64,000 nucleotides of DNA from Octopus vulgaris (taxonomy: Eukaryota): positions 18,972,001-19,036,000 of the forward strand of contig OX597825.1 of assembly GCA_951406725.2 (NCBI GenBank), in the 5' to 3' direction. Position numbers and translations under genes: made by a program. The notes under the pieces were generated by a model. That model did no database searches and was not told the DNA's origin. It saw nothing but the letters and a program-made list of their open reading frames with translations. Shown one piece after another: positions 25,600 through 40,616 of the stretch (positions are counted from its first letter, which is position 1; the number at the start of each line of letters is the position of its first letter).

Positions 25600-26700
25600 T
25601 GACCGTGTAGCAGACCCTGTCCAGAGCAACATAAATAAACATTGGAAGCAGACAAAGAGCAAAATAATACATTCATTCCAGACTTATCTGATCTATATAC
25701 CCATAAATGAATTAAGATTTACCGTAACCCTATTGGAAACTTGATTTAAATGGAATTATAAATACTACAGCATTCTTTAAGGTAAGGAAACTCACTATTT
25801 GATAAGAGTAACAATGATAAATCATTTGTTCAAAACAAAAGCAACTATGTTTCTCCCAATGACAGGAATAAAACAATTAACGATTTTGTGAATGCAATTT
25901 GAATTTTCCGTGAATAATGCTAATTTTTGTAAACGTGGTAACTAGCTTGTTTACCAAACACATGGTTCCGGGTTCAGTCCCACTGTGTAGCACCTTGGGC
26001 AAGTGTCTTTTTCTATAGCCTCGAGCCGGCCAAAGCCTTGTGAGTGGATTTGGTAGACGGAAACTGAAAGAAGCTCATCGTATATATGTATGTGTGTGTG
26101 TGTGTGTGTCTGTGTGTATATGTTTATGTGTCTGTGTTTGTCCACCCAACATCACTTGACAACCGATGCTGTTGTTTTTACGTCCCAGTAACTTAGCGGT
26201 TCGGCAAAAGAGACCGATAGAATAAGTACTAGGCTTACAAAGAATAAGTCCTGGGGTCGATTTGCTCCACTAAAGGCGGTGCTCCAGCATGGCCACAGTC
26301 AAATGACTGAAACAAGTAAAAGAGTAAAAGAGTAAGTGATTATCAAAGTTCAGCGACGCTGAATGGAAAGATATAACTCAAAGTGAAATTGAAATAACAA
26401 TTGAAAAATCCATAGAAGGATAGTAAATTTTTTGTCATTATATTCATTGTAGTAGATGATATATTCTTCGAAACATTAACATCCACAACCAAGATGTGTA
26501 TGATAGAAATTGCCAACCTAATATAAACTGAATCCAGTTCTATGAACACTGGCATAATATCTGAGAAAGAGGCGGTACTACAGGAGTTCAGATTCAATAA
26601 TAAATATTGGTTAAACATTCAAATGCACTCGGGATACCAAATGCAGTATTCCAAGCGACCGTAATGGCAAAACGAACTTAAGGACAACTCAATATAGACT
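25600..26700 (+). mobile_element. Decayed Penelope-like element ORF (pre-RT region), split by a group A SINE
   Basis: DKSFVQNKSNYVSPNDRNKTINDFVNAI (25816-25899) then SKFSDAEWKDITQ (26343 on) resemble the KS...PP..RN..LD.F and NLS..EW.A motifs preceding PLE RTs. Confidence 0.5.
25935..26334 (+). mobile_element. SINE group A
   Basis: Collinear with other copies; tail gtaaaagagtaaaagag. Confidence 0.92.
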
Positions 26701-26911
26701 TGTGCTGAACTTAATTTCTTCCACATTTGCCCTTTGTTTTATAAACAGCATTTTAGTTACTTAACCTCTAAACTGATCTATAATAATCTATTCTGAGCTC
26801 TACATATGATAGTAGCAATCGCACATCGATTTGCACTCACAGATAGTATAATAATCTAATAATCTGTGTGTGTGTGCGTACGTGTTCATATATATACATA
26901 CATACATGCAC

Positions 26912-26968
<57 letters not shown>

Positions 26969-27329
26969 CACGTACGCACACACCCATAGATAGTGATAGA
27001 TTAGTAAAGCAGGAGGTCGATTCTTTGATCGATCGATGCATAGAAACATTGATTCATATGTATACATATAGATGAATATATATATATATACATATATATT
27101 AAATATATATATCTCTCTCTCTCTATATATATATAAAACATAGGTACATATATAATCAAACACTTGCATATATATATGTGTTCGTATATATATGTGTGTG
27201 TGTGTGAGTCTGTATGTATATATATGCAAATGCATATATATACACATACACACGTATATATACATAGGTATCTATATATATATGAATAATATATATATAA
27301 ATAATATGTATATATCGATAGATATATAC

Positions 27330-27396
<67 letters not shown>

Positions 27397-28224
27397 GATA
27401 GATATTGATAGATATGTATCGACTCTAGTATCAGAAACGGAAGTGTAAATGTCAATGGTGTGAATTTGGAAGCAAGATATTGTTTCTGTTGACGTTTAGA
27501 TTTTTATCTAAGTTCGTTGATATTACATTGTGTTGTATTGATTATAGAAAAAAATACATGTGTTCGTACTCTATACAACATAATTCATGCCGAGAATTTT
27601 ACAGTTTCTAACAATATCTTCGTGTAAATTCAAAGTTCACTTGTTTTTGTAGTAAAATCATGAGAGATTATTTCGCTCCTATGGAGCACATTAAATAGAA
27701 TAATCGAATTACTTGACCATTTATTGTAATGAATTCATTTCCTATTTAAACTTTACCCTTCTGTCTATATTTTAAGCTACACCTACATATCTGTATATTC
27801 ATTGTTCTATTGATTGTCAGGTTATTTACAATATATTAAATAAGTTTCATGTCAAATTATCTCCGCGTGAAGATTTTTAACAGCTTTTTGTAAATAATTT
27901 CACCGGAACTTAGGTAACTTTTGGAAGGATTGAGTAATGTTATTCTCAAAGTGGAGACGTAGCGTGAATTCTTGCAACGGAAAGTTTTTCCGCTAAATGC
28001 GCTATCCGACCGATAGATTAATTTCGTAGCCTACTTAAACAGGAATAAACATACCCCTTCCCCGATAATCTCTTACTTGGTTTAAGTCTACCGCTTGTAA
28101 GTTACGCCATCGAAATCGGGATTAAATTTTAAGAGTAGGTAATTGTGAAGCACTAAATAGCAGAAGATGCACCACGCATCGGAAGCTAGCATTTCAGGAA
28201 ATTTTCTCTAAAATAAGCAGAATG

Positions 28225-28665
28225 CTAGCAGCTTTGAGGGCAAGGGGTTTCGTAGATTACGACGACTCAGTAACAATTTTATCGGTCCCAAAAGAATGAA
28301 AGGCAAATTTGAAATCAACAATATTTGAACTCAGAGCATAAAGAGCTAGAACAAATGTCGCAAAGCATTTTTTACGATGCTCTACTGCTTCTACCAGCCC
28401 CGCCACTTTGCATTCATCTTAAGTAATAATTTCAAATGGCTTTCTGATGGTTTGTATTTTACGCACAAGCCAGCAATTTTGAGGGTGGGCATGGTTACCA
28501 ATATCACAAATGCCAGTAGTTGAACGTTGCTTTAGTTTATTGATTCTGAAAGGATGAAAATCAAAGTGGACTTCGGCGGGATTTAAACTCTAAACATAAA
28601 CAGCCGGAACAAGTTTCCAAAACATTATCCCGGACACTCTACCGATTCTACGACACGACGCTACT
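28225..28665 (-). mobile_element. Two old group D-related SINE copies
   Basis: gaatgaaaggcaaa...tttgaactcagagc and ggatgaaaatcaaagtggacttcggcgggattt. Confidence 0.65.
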
Positions 28666-29808
28666 TTTTTAAACAATGTAAGCCATACTAAATGATGATG
28701 ATGATGATGATGGTGGTGGTAATGATGATGATGATGATGTCCTTTATAACCATAATAATCACGGTATGATTGATTATATATCTAATGTATTTACTGAGGT
28801 AAAATCAAGCTAATTTACATTAAGTCAAATTGCGTTGTTTAAGTGTCAATTGCATTTTTTACCCACACCATCATGAATTACTTGATTAAAGCAAAACTTT
28901 AATCTAATATCATTCAAAAATTATTAAGCAATATGAATTAAGGAGAACATAGTATTTCATTAATTTTCTTCTATTTCGACCATCCTCATAATTCTGAACT
29001 TGCTCGATTGCTGTTTGTAGCCCCTTTTTTCTGCTCCCTCCCACTTTTGAACAAAAAGCCGTGAAGATTCCTCTGATATATCACGTTTAACAGCTTGATA
29101 TATTCTCAAGTATCAACAGAATGACTGAACTCCTCTCCGCATCCTCATTTGCAGGATATTCTTGTAGTCATTGGAAGAGATTTCTGCCAGGATCTGAAAC
29201 TTCGTGCCAACGCTATCTAAACTCATTTTGGCGAGCCTCATCTCCACACTTGCTAATGTGTATGTGCTATTGTGCAAAATAATGACAATTTAAGACCCAA
29301 GATTTGACGATCTTAGCTACTGCTATTGTTATTTATGTATCAACGTTTTTAAAGCCTCATTCTCATCACCAGGTGTCATCGCCGAAGTGCTGCCACCTAT
29401 GAAGCATGACGACATAGACTTTTCCGCATCAGTAGCGTTAAGATAGCAATGACGGGTGTTTGACACTGGAGAACATGCAGTAGCTATTCAAAAAAAGTTA
29501 TTTTAGAAGAGAATATTAGTCTATTTAATGCTGACATGAGATAGAACGAATATAATTTCTATTTAAAGAAAAGATGGTGCACGAGTACTAGGCGATACTC
29601 GATGATAAACGGTTAACACAAGACGTCCGCGTGTATTCAAAGCTGAAAGATTACAACATTTTCGGACGATTCAAGTCCTTGGAAGTGTATACCTTCTTTC
29701 ATTAGCGTGGACAACAACATTGGAGCATTTTGGCTTGTATTTCTAACAATATAAGCGTTTCTTAACACCTTAGTCACATTTAGTGACAATTTATATCTAT
29801 ATCTATAT

Positions 29809-29899
<91 letters not shown>

Positions 29900-30224
29900 C
29901 GTATATAAATATATATATATATATATATATACATTACAGATATAGGGTGAAATATGATTAATTTAATAAAATCAATAAATTACACCTAGTAGTATTTCGG
30001 TATGGAAAAGGACCATATTTGGTAAAAACTTATATAATTATAACAATAAGGGTTTTTGCAACAAGTTGCTTAAACACATACCGAAAATTTTAGAAATAGC
30101 AGTTACAAATATTGTTGTCTGTGGAGACATATTTTTGTAGTAAAAGGAAATAGTAGTCCTTTGGCTGGTATTTCTAAAATTTTCGGTATGTGGTTAAGCA
30201 ACCTGTTACAAAAACCCTTATTGT

Positions 30225-30272
<48 letters not shown>

Positions 30273-31029
30273 AGCAGATAAAATCCAGGCTACATATGAT
30301 TCATAGCTAGTGGAACCTCGGAAGTAATAAGTAATCCAAACTAGGAGTAGTCCGCAAATTTGCATATGTAATAGCCCTTTTGTAGGGCAAAGTTTGTTTT
30401 CTCTATGTAGGGCCTTGTGGCCAATAATTATCATGAATCTTAAGCTTTTTCTTTTAAACCGACAATTTAAAAAATATAATCCAAATCCAGAAAACCCATC
30501 AAGCCTTACTCTGTTTTATCATATTTCAATGGTTGTTTTTTTTTTATATTTCTTTTCGCTTTTTCAAACAATAACGAAAGTAAAACAATTTGTAGTTCCT
30601 GAGTATATTTAAACACATTTTCATCATTTCTTTCTATGTCTTTTTTGCGTTCTTTCTTGTTCTTCTCTTTTCTTTCTTTCTCTTTCTCTCTTTCTATTAT
30701 TTTCGTATGCCAAATCTCTCAGTCGCCTTTTTTTCTTCCGGCTTTTTAATTATTTTTATTCGTTTCTTTCTTTTATTCTTTTCTTTTCCTCCGTTCATTT
30801 GTTTTTTTTTTTTTGTTTACTTTCATTCTTTCATTCTTTCTTTCAATCTCTTGTTTCTTACTTTCCACTCTCGCATTCTATTTAAGAGAGATATGAAGAA
30901 GTTTTGATCAACTGCTAATAAGCCTGTAATAACTATTTACAACTCATATCACCTGCTATAGCTTTAATGAATTAGGTTAACTTTAAATGTTCATCAGGAG
31001 AGAAAAGTGAGTAAAATATGTATGGATGT

Positions 31030-31076
31030 GTGAACACAAGTATGTCTGTATGTATGTACGTGTCCATGTATATTGG

Positions 31077-31140
<64 letters not shown>

Positions 31141-31163
31141 TTATATATATATATTTATATATT

Positions 31164-31251
<88 letters not shown>

Positions 31252-31299
31252 CATATATGTATTTAAATATATATAAGTATATATATATATATATTTATA

Positions 31300-31334
<35 letters not shown>

Positions 31335-31474
31335 TATATATATACATATATGTATTTAAATATATATCATATAAATATACATATATGTATTTAAATATAT
31401 ATATAAGTATATATATATATACATATATATATATATAAAGTGTGTGTGTGTGTGTATGTGTATGTGTGTAAGTG

Positions 31475-31525
<51 letters not shown>
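31030..31525. repeat. (TA)n-rich tract followed by (TG)n
   Basis: Direct reading. Confidence 0.95.
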
Positions 31526-31528
<3 letters not shown>

Positions 31529-33749
31529 GAGTTATTTCAAGTGTTCCACCTGCATAACGTCCGGAGATTGCTGAAAATATAAGAAAAATAAATCAGTTTG
31601 CATTAGCAACAGCCTTACACGCTAATCTCATTAGACTTGGGACAAGAACGTGAAGAGAAAAATGAAAATAGAATTTTTTTTCTTCTTCTTTTTGAAATAA
31701 TCAATAATTGTCAAGCAGGTGATGTGATCAGATGCGTTTTCGTTTAACAGCGAGATACAATTGATTACATGATATATTTATTTAGTCATCCATTTTACTT
31801 TTCTGATTTTCTTCTTGATAAAACTCTGGTATCTTCAAAATTAATAAGGCCTCCAAGAAATTAACCGAGTTTTATCAATTCAGGTGATAGAACATCATTA
31901 AATAAACCAAAAGATAAAAATTTTAAAAAATTCCAATCGATGACAATTTTGTGACTTCAACTTAGCACTAACTAATAGGATACTAATAAAATATAAGTCA
32001 AATTTGGGAAGAACAAATGTTCAGTAAGAAAGAATTTTCGACTTGTAGATAGAAATCAACTTCCTTTAGCTGCTATTAATGTAACTGAAAAAATATTTTT
32101 AACGTAGACCAGATATTTTCAGGTATTGCTATATATTCTTCTTGCTAAACGCAGGTAACCAAATATTACACTTAATAATATAGCAGTTTTACGCAATATT
32201 ATTCTATAGATTCATTGCATATTTTGTTGTTTATCTGCGTTTGGCCACATTAGCTCATTTCACTGCTTCAGATATTTGGAGCTCTGTCAAGCAATATCAC
32301 TGTAGTTAGTCATTATTAGGTTATCAAACACTTTAAGTAGTTACCATTATTTTATGTATCAGTGAATCGCCGAGGGATGCAAACAATCAAAAGATATATT
32401 GAAGTGATAGTAACGAGGAGGCAGAGATTCTCAATTTAGTCGATCGATAGCATGTTTCCGTATCGAGCAGTTCTACGTCTGTGTCCTTAATCAGTTGTGT
32501 GTTCTCTGATTTTCCACTGTCTCATGACATCCTTCAGATTCTCCTGTGGTCCATGTCATCCATTTTGTTTCTTTACACCTACCGGAGGTCAATGCAATGT
32601 TCCTTTCGTTCACCGATGATCAGGGCATAATAAACCAGTCAGATTCTTCATTTCGTTAATGTTTCTTGGAGTGTATGCGGCGATGATACGCCTCTTTATA
32701 ATTCTTCGTTTCTGTTCTGGGTGTGGCACGAAATTTTCAAGATTTTCTTCCAACACTTTTGTCAAATTACTAGTATTTTAAAATTTTCATAATTTCCCTC
32801 CACCTTTCTCTTTTAATTTAGCTCTGTTACTGCTGCGATGGTATTGGAGTAGGTAGATGCATTGTGTCTATGGAACACTAAAACACAGCTGCTATCCATC
32901 CGATTTTTTACATTTGGTGCCAGTTTCAACACGCAGATCATTGCGAGACTATACAGATCATTTACGTCATCAACTGTTCCTCAAGCATCAAGGTAGTTTG
33001 CCTCTTTTTACGGACAGACCGAGCTCGTTTCATTCTCGAGATATAACATGACATACTACTTGGATATAGTCGGTATATCCGCAAAACATGCTACAGTATG
33101 CTACGTAATATAAATTCAGAACATATCAGTATGAAGGCACTATTCTGTACGCCTTTTATCTTGAACATTACAGTGTGTAGTGCAGCATTACCTTTAACTA
33201 ATAATGATTTGTAATATTTTATTTAACTTTGAAAGGCTTGTTTTAGTGCCTTCGACTACTAAATATCAACTAACCATCCAGTTAAATTGGTGAGATCAAA
33301 GCAAATGTTTAATGTAAATGTATGTCGGTTAATGGCTACTGGGAATAAGTTTAACAGTCAGTATAGGATACAGGCTTTTCATGTGGAACACAACCAATGA
33401 AATACACACTACAACTGCAAGGTACATATTTTATTGACCGCGGATATATGCGAGGCAATATACTCACACAAAGAACAGAACTCAGTACGTAATTTGACTT
33501 ATCTAAATATTGCACTGACTTTGAGTTTAATATTTCAAAGATTTTTAAATAAAATATTCTTGAATATAAATATTCCATCACCAACACTAAAATTTATCAA
33601 ATAATGAATATTATAATAAATTGCATAATGTAATTACAAAAGCATCCGGAGACCTACTGATTCTGCCTATTACATTGTAGTAAAAACTTATAGTAAAAAC
33701 CACAGAATATATCATCTTCGAAAACTTTCAGAATATTGTCCTTGTCTTG

Positions 33750-34100
33750 CTTGTTTAATAACAAGGCTTTGGCCAGTCTGCCTTTCTTCAGCTTTCTTCA
33801 GTTACTAATGCATTCTGGAATGGTCTTAGAGTATGAAATCAAAGAGATGTTCATTAATGCTATAGAGAACATGATGTTGAGTGTTCATTCTAGTACTTTC
33901 GGTAGTCAGTATGTCAGTCAAGCTGTATATACTCAGCTTGAAGCGCAACAATCCAGTAGAATCACATGTAGCAGAATTATTAATAGACCGAACATACCTA
34001 ATATGCATGAGAGAATAAGAACCACAGTGGATTTTATAGACGGATCCGTTTTAAATTCCGAACGCATTACCGAATACAACAGTCACCGGTAAAAGGACAG
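33750..34100 (+). mobile_element. Possible very old RTE-type LINE remnant
   Basis: KALA...IKEMFINAIENMML...RITCSRIINRPNIPNMHERIR follows the spacing of the RTE post-RT region; weak. Confidence 0.3.
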
Positions 34101-35684
34101 AGAGTACAACAAGTACAACAACTGAAATATGACTGTAATAACATGCAAGGTGAGAGCACTGGTCTAAATTTCTTAACGTATGATTATGATAATTTTCTAT
34201 TTCAGAAATTCAGACAGACCGCAAACCTGAATAATGCCGATAAATGTGTTTCTTGTTTGCTCTTTTATTTATTTTCAATCATTGGACTTCGGCCGTACTG
34301 GAGCACTGCTTTCAGAAGATTTTGTCAATAATATTAAACTCAGGATATATTACCGCTGGCTTTCACTTTTATTATTCTGTATGAAACATGAAGATAAGAT
34401 TTTACCAACATTTAAATGTTACGGTTGTGAAAAGAGATACGATGAGAAATCACAGGAAACGAGATAACATAGAATCATAGAGAAGAGGTATTGTTGAAAA
34501 TAATGCCTAAATATTTCCGGTATTCATGTTGATTCTGTAGAAAGTAAAGTCATTCATGACATCGGTGGTAATCGAACTCAGAGCGTAATTTTGCTCTTCG
34601 TTTTCTCCATCAACCATACCAATGCATATTAACTAATAAATAGAATAATTAATTCTGAATGTAATGCTAAAAATGTTCAGACTCCAACGCATACAACATG
34701 GTAATTTGCGATATGTACAACAGAGCAGTACAAAACAAAGACCATGCGTATTAAATAGATTTTTAAAAATAATATCAAAGATATAGAATTACTTGGAAAC
34801 AAATTCAACAAAAAAAAAAAGAAAAATGCTATTTACAAGCATAAAAAAATATTCAGAAAACAGATTCCACCAAAGGTAATAATGCTTCTAAAATATACAA
34901 GTACGAACGACCATTATTCCGGAGAAACTCTAATTTACAAAAGTCAATGAATTTATTCATTGTAAAAAAATAAATACTAATAAAATAATACTAACAATAC
35001 TAAACAATAAGATGAAACCAAAACATGCCGACTTAGCTATACTATCTGTATAATCCAATATTTATTATAGTTGTATTACTTATCTCGTTGTATTTTCCTT
35101 TGTCAGTCAGGTATAATAGATTCAGTACTGGCATATAAACATGCTATGGTTATTGCTTATAAATATGCATACATGTATATCAAAATCGGTTATTCATATA
35201 TATTTTGTAGATAAGTAATAAGTGACAATTCTGCAAGATCATGCATTGCTGTAAAATTATCTATTCAGGGAATTTTATACAATAATGACACAACAGTTAA
35301 CAAAAGAATGTGCGCTTGCTTAAGTTATATAGCTGCATCATGTATAGGGTATATCCAAATATGGATATATTACTACTTAAATATATAAGCCAATACTAGT
35401 TTACATATATGTGTAGGTGTATAGAAGTTTAGCCATACATATGTAAACGTAGAAATGTTAGGATACATTAGTGGTGCGGATGGCGGAGCACGAGTGGTAT
35501 CGGTGACGCTTCGCATTGACTCATTTTCAATATCAACTATTAAAGGGAAGGGGACACAACTCTAAGGCTAATTTATACCAGGCTAATTTATACTAAGCAC
35601 AGAACGAGAATAACTCAATCGTTTAAAAAGTAAGAAGTCAGAAATATATTCGACTGCAGTAGTGATATATATATACATATATAT

Positions 35685-35744
<60 letters not shown>

Positions 35745-35770
35745 ATCAGAATACCACAGTTTCATACCAC

Positions 35771-35911
35771 AGAGTGGTTGTGTGGTAAGTAGCTTGCTTA
35801 CCAACCACATGGTTCCGGGTTCATTCCCACTGCGTGGCACTTTGGGCAAGTGTCTTCTACTATGCCCTCGGCCGACCAAAGCCTTGTGAGTGGATTTGGT
35901 AGATGGAAACT
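35771..35911 (+). mobile_element. SINE group A head
   Basis: gagtggttgtgtggtaagtagcttgc...ggatttggtagatggaaact. Confidence 0.88.
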
Positions 35912-37109
35912 AGATAAAATAAAATAAAAAATAATATATATATCTATACATATATATATATATATATATGCATGTGTGTGTGTTTATGTGTTTGTTATTG
36001 CTTGTTGACAGTGTTAGTGCTTTCTGTTCTGTAAGTGTTAATACTTTTGTTTCTACTATAGTTGTTGTTGCTGTTATTACTGTTGTTGCTGCTGCTACTT
36101 CTATTGCCGATGTCGCTGCTACTGCTGACTCATTCGCGGCAGTTGATGCTACAGCCGTTTCTACAGCTGTTGATGCCACGGACGTTGATGCTACAATCAT
36201 TGATGCCACAGCCGTTGCTACTTACGTTGTTGTCATTACTACTGCTGCTGTTTTTCATGGTGTTGTTGTTGTTGTTGTTACTGCTACATTCGGCTGCAGC
36301 TATGCTAGGGATTCATTTATGTGGACTCTGTACTTTAGATACTTGAAACTCACTCCATCCCTTTTACGTGCAGTATCTTTCTTTGCGACTCCCTACTTCT
36401 CGCCTCTTCCATCAGTTTGCAGTGTTTGCAGATACCCTCATATATTTGAGCTCTAAAGAGTGAGAAGCAATTTTATGACCGACTTGAAGTGACATGAAGC
36501 TTACACCATCAACACCACCACCACCACTACCACATCAACTACAAAAAGAACAACAACAACGACAATAACAAAAATAATGATAATAATTCTGCTACTACTA
36601 CTACTACTATTACCATGTTAAAGTATTGCAATAACGCAGTCGACCGATATTAAAACAATGAAAATTGTATATTTCTGTTTATAAATATTGCGCTACTAAA
36701 CCTTGTTGACAGTGTATTAACCCATTAAGTCTTGATGGCTCACGGCATCTATAGAATAATATTGCGTAAAACTACTGTATGTTTCGTTCCTCTTGTCAAC
36801 GACTTAACCTTCTCGTTACCGAACGTTGACAAGTGTAGTAATGTCTTCGTGTTAGTATTCGTCAGATAAGAATGCTGAGAAGAGATGAAAGGAAGAGATA
36901 TTTTATGTTCGGTTCCGTGTGTAGTAATATATTTGTGATGGAGTTTATATTCATGAAGAGTCCACTTTCTGAGGAACATGATTGATCATTCAAGGTTTTT
37001 CTATTTCTTAATGTACTATTTTAACGCAAATGCTAAACTTTTGGAGGAAAGACATGAGTGATAGAGCTTCCGGTATATTCCTTCATAATACTAGATATTA
37101 TATTAGATA

Positions 37110-37268
37110 TGTGTGGTAAGTAGCTTGCTTACAAACCACATGGTTCTGGGTTTAGTTCCACTGCGTGGCACCTTGAGCAAGTGTCTTCTACTATAGCCTC
37201 GGGCCGAACAAAGCCTTGTGAGTGCATTTGGTAGACGGAAACTGAAAGAAGCTTGGCGTATATATGTG

Positions 37269-37306
<38 letters not shown>

Positions 37307-37531
37307 ATTAAATATATATATATATGTATGTGTGTGTATATGTTTGTGTGTTTGTGTGTCCTCCCAACACCAACCGATGCTGGTTTGTTTACGTCCCCGT
37401 AACTTAGTAGTTTGGCAAAAGAGACCGATAGCGTATGTACTAGTCTTACAAAGAATAAGTTCTGGGGTCGATTTGCTTGACTAAAGGTGGTGCTCCAGCA
37501 TGGCCGCAGTCAAATTACTGAACCAAGTAAA
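37110..37531 (+). mobile_element. SINE group A
   Basis: Collinear with other copies. Confidence 0.9.
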
Positions 37532-37920
37532 GAGAGAGAGAGAGAGTAACTTAGATAGAAATAGACACACAAACGGATAGATATACAATCGTACGAATTC
37601 ACAACACCATGTACGAAGTTTGATGCTAATATATGTGGAAAAGCATGTGAAACTCTACAATCAGGATCACGCATATGTGAATACAAGCTATTATGTGTAC
37701 ACACTAAAAATGCATAATGCAAATATGGCTACGGTAGCCATTGTGTAAAATTGAAGTTTAACGGAAGAGAGATAATTCGGAAATTGTTCCCCTGATGGAT
37801 ATATATGTCTACACCAAACTGTAATTTTCTCAGGTATAGATTCGGATAAATATATAAAATCCAGAGACCCGAACCCAAGATTTACCCATGGATGAAATGT
37901 ATTAACATTGCTTACCTTAA

Positions 37921-38142
37921 CCCTTTCATTACTATATTTATTTTGAGATGCTCTGTGTTTCTTTCAATTAATTTTAAATATAACACAGAATTTAGTAAGA
38001 TTACTTAGTTGACATTAAGCTAGAGTTAGGAACATAAACTGTGACTAAGGTTTGGTGGAAGATTTTAATTCAAATCTTATGAAAACAAGACATTTGTACT
38101 ACAGAGCCAGAGCCGGTTTCAGCCGGGCTGGTATTGAAAGGG
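37921..38142. mobile_element. piggyBac-type MITE
   Basis: TTAA TSD at 37917-37920 and 38143-38146; TIRs CCCTTTCATTAC / GTATTGAAAGGG (11 of 12 match). Confidence 0.88.
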
Positions 38143-38221
38143 TTAAGCAATCCTAGGTGGTCCTCACAGCTCGATGCTGTAAGCCATAACCTGAATTATA
38201 ATTGATTGTTCGTACGGTACC

Positions 38222-38646
38222 CAAGTGGATATTTTATATATACTCTTTTACTCTTTTACTTGTTTCAGTCATTTGACCGCGGCCATGCTGGAGCACCACC
38301 TTTAATCGAGCAACTCGACCCCGGGACTTATTCTTTTGTAAGCCTAGTACTTATTCTATCGGTCTCTTTTGCCGAACCGCTAAGTAACGGGGACATAAAC
38401 ACACCAGCATCGGTTGTCAAGGAATGCTAGGGGGACAGACACAGACACACAAACACACACACGCATATATATATATACATACGACGGTCTTCTTTCAGTT
38501 TCCGTCTACTAAATCCACTCACAAGGCTTTGGTCGGCCCGAGGCTATATCAGAAGACACTTGCCCAAGATGCCACGCAGTGGGACTGAACCCGGAACCAT
38601 GTGGTTGGTAAACAAGCTACCTACCACACAGCCACTCCTGCGCCTA
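38222..38646 (-). mobile_element. SINE group A, full length
   Basis: Complete reverse copy. Confidence 0.93.
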
Positions 38647-38879
38647 TATATATATTTTTTCATGAAATATATAACAGGCGGCTGTAGTTGAATAACAAAG
38701 TTCTATTCGTGTATTCTCCCACTCACGGGTAACCGTTCATTTCTCATACGTAACTCGCTAAACAACATCAAATGTGTATCATCGTGTATCATGCACACTT
38801 GCGGAAATATGCTTCACGTCTTTCGGGATTCGGTTTATTTTGCTTCAACATCCAAACTCTTTTTATCAACAGTTCGCTT

Positions 38880-38962
38880 GTGTTATCATCGTCGTGGTCC
38901 TTGTCGCCTTCGCTGTCATCATCATTATTGTTGTGGTCATGGTCGTGTTATCTTCGTCGTCG

Positions 38963-39010
<48 letters not shown>

Positions 39011-39199
39011 CCATCGTCATCATCACCATCGTCGTCATAATCATCATCATCATCATCATCGTCATCATCATCATCATCGTCCTCATCCTCATCGTTATTC
39101 TCATCGCCGCTACCTTTGTCTTTTCCATCATCATTGGCGCCGCAACTTTCATCACTATCGTTGTCATCGCCTGTAATATGATGATGAAGACGACGATGG

Positions 39200-39242
<43 letters not shown>

Positions 39243-39541
39243 GACGATGGTGGTGATGATGATGATGATAATGATGATGATAATCATCATCATCATCATT
39301 ATTATCATCATCATCATCGTCATCATCATCATCATCATCATCATCATCAATCTCGTTGTTATCGTCCTCATCGTCGTTGTCGTCGTCATGGTCATCAACG
39401 GCAGCAGCTGCAATCAATATTGTAATTATAACAGGTTCATAGAATCATTAGTTATAGACTACACTACATGGTAAACACACCAACAGTAATATCAGCATCA
39501 TCACGATCATAATCATCATCATCATCATCAGCAGCAGCAGC

Positions 39542-39599
<58 letters not shown>

Positions 39600-39737
39600 T
39601 TTGTTCTCTTTTATTACTATTTGTATTGTTTTTGTGGCTGTGTTAGCCATGTGAATGCTTTCTTCTACAACAAATTACATCTCTGCCTGCTCAGCAGGAA
39701 ATAATTACATTCGGAATACCATGAAAGAACGAATAAA

Positions 39738-39793
<56 letters not shown>

Positions 39794-39852
39794 TAATAAT
39801 AATAATAATGATAATAATAATGATAATAATAATGATAATAATAATAATAATG

Positions 39853-39928
<76 letters not shown>

Positions 39929-39969
39929 TAATAATAATGATAATAATAATAATAATGATAATAATAATG

Positions 39970-40033
<64 letters not shown>

Positions 40034-40055
40034 TGATGATAATAACAATGATAAA

Positions 40056-40087
<32 letters not shown>

Positions 40088-40148
40088 CAATAATAATAAT
40101 AACAATAATAATAATAATAATAATAACAACAACAACAACAATAATACT

Positions 40149-40190
<42 letters not shown>

Positions 40191-40200
40191 TATCAATAAT
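38880..40200. repeat. Compound trinucleotide tract (CAT)n-(GAT)n-(CAT)n, (TAG)n, (AAT)n
   Basis: Direct reading. Confidence 0.95.
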
Positions 40201-40544
40201 TAGAAACTTACCAACATTCCACCTTATCCTTTTGTTTTGTTTTGCTTTGTTTTTGTCATTTTCTATTCGTTTGCATTTACTATCAATAGTTATTTATACA
40301 GTTAGCTTCTCACTCTCAAACTATTAATTACGTATGTTAAATCTTGTTTAATTTGCTTACACCTGGGTCTCGTTTTTACTTCCTACTATTTTCCATTATT
40401 TATTTGTGAATATTGCTGCCACGTTGTTTTCTCAATACGCTTTGTTGAGCATATTTTTCTCTCAATTTAACCACATATAATTTCACTCGACTTGGTTTAT
40501 GTTTCTCATTCATCGCCTTTGATCTCAGTTAATCTATTTTTTCA

Positions 40545-40616
<72 letters not shown>

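Noticed and set aside
31622-31634. CTAATCTCATTAG paired-homeodomain P3-like site
   Set aside because: Expected by chance in AT-rich DNA; no supporting context.
33736-34092. 118-aa ORF as a host exon
   Set aside because: Weak donor, no recognisable host domain, and faint resemblance to RTE post-RT sequence.
35910-36456. Ala/Thr/Val-rich ORFs with VDATA repeats
   Set aside because: Decayed (GTT/GCT)n tract with a 15-nt unit, open on both strands; no splice or start context.
38772-40203. Poly-His, poly-Asp and poly-Ile ORFs
   Set aside because: Microsatellite translations.
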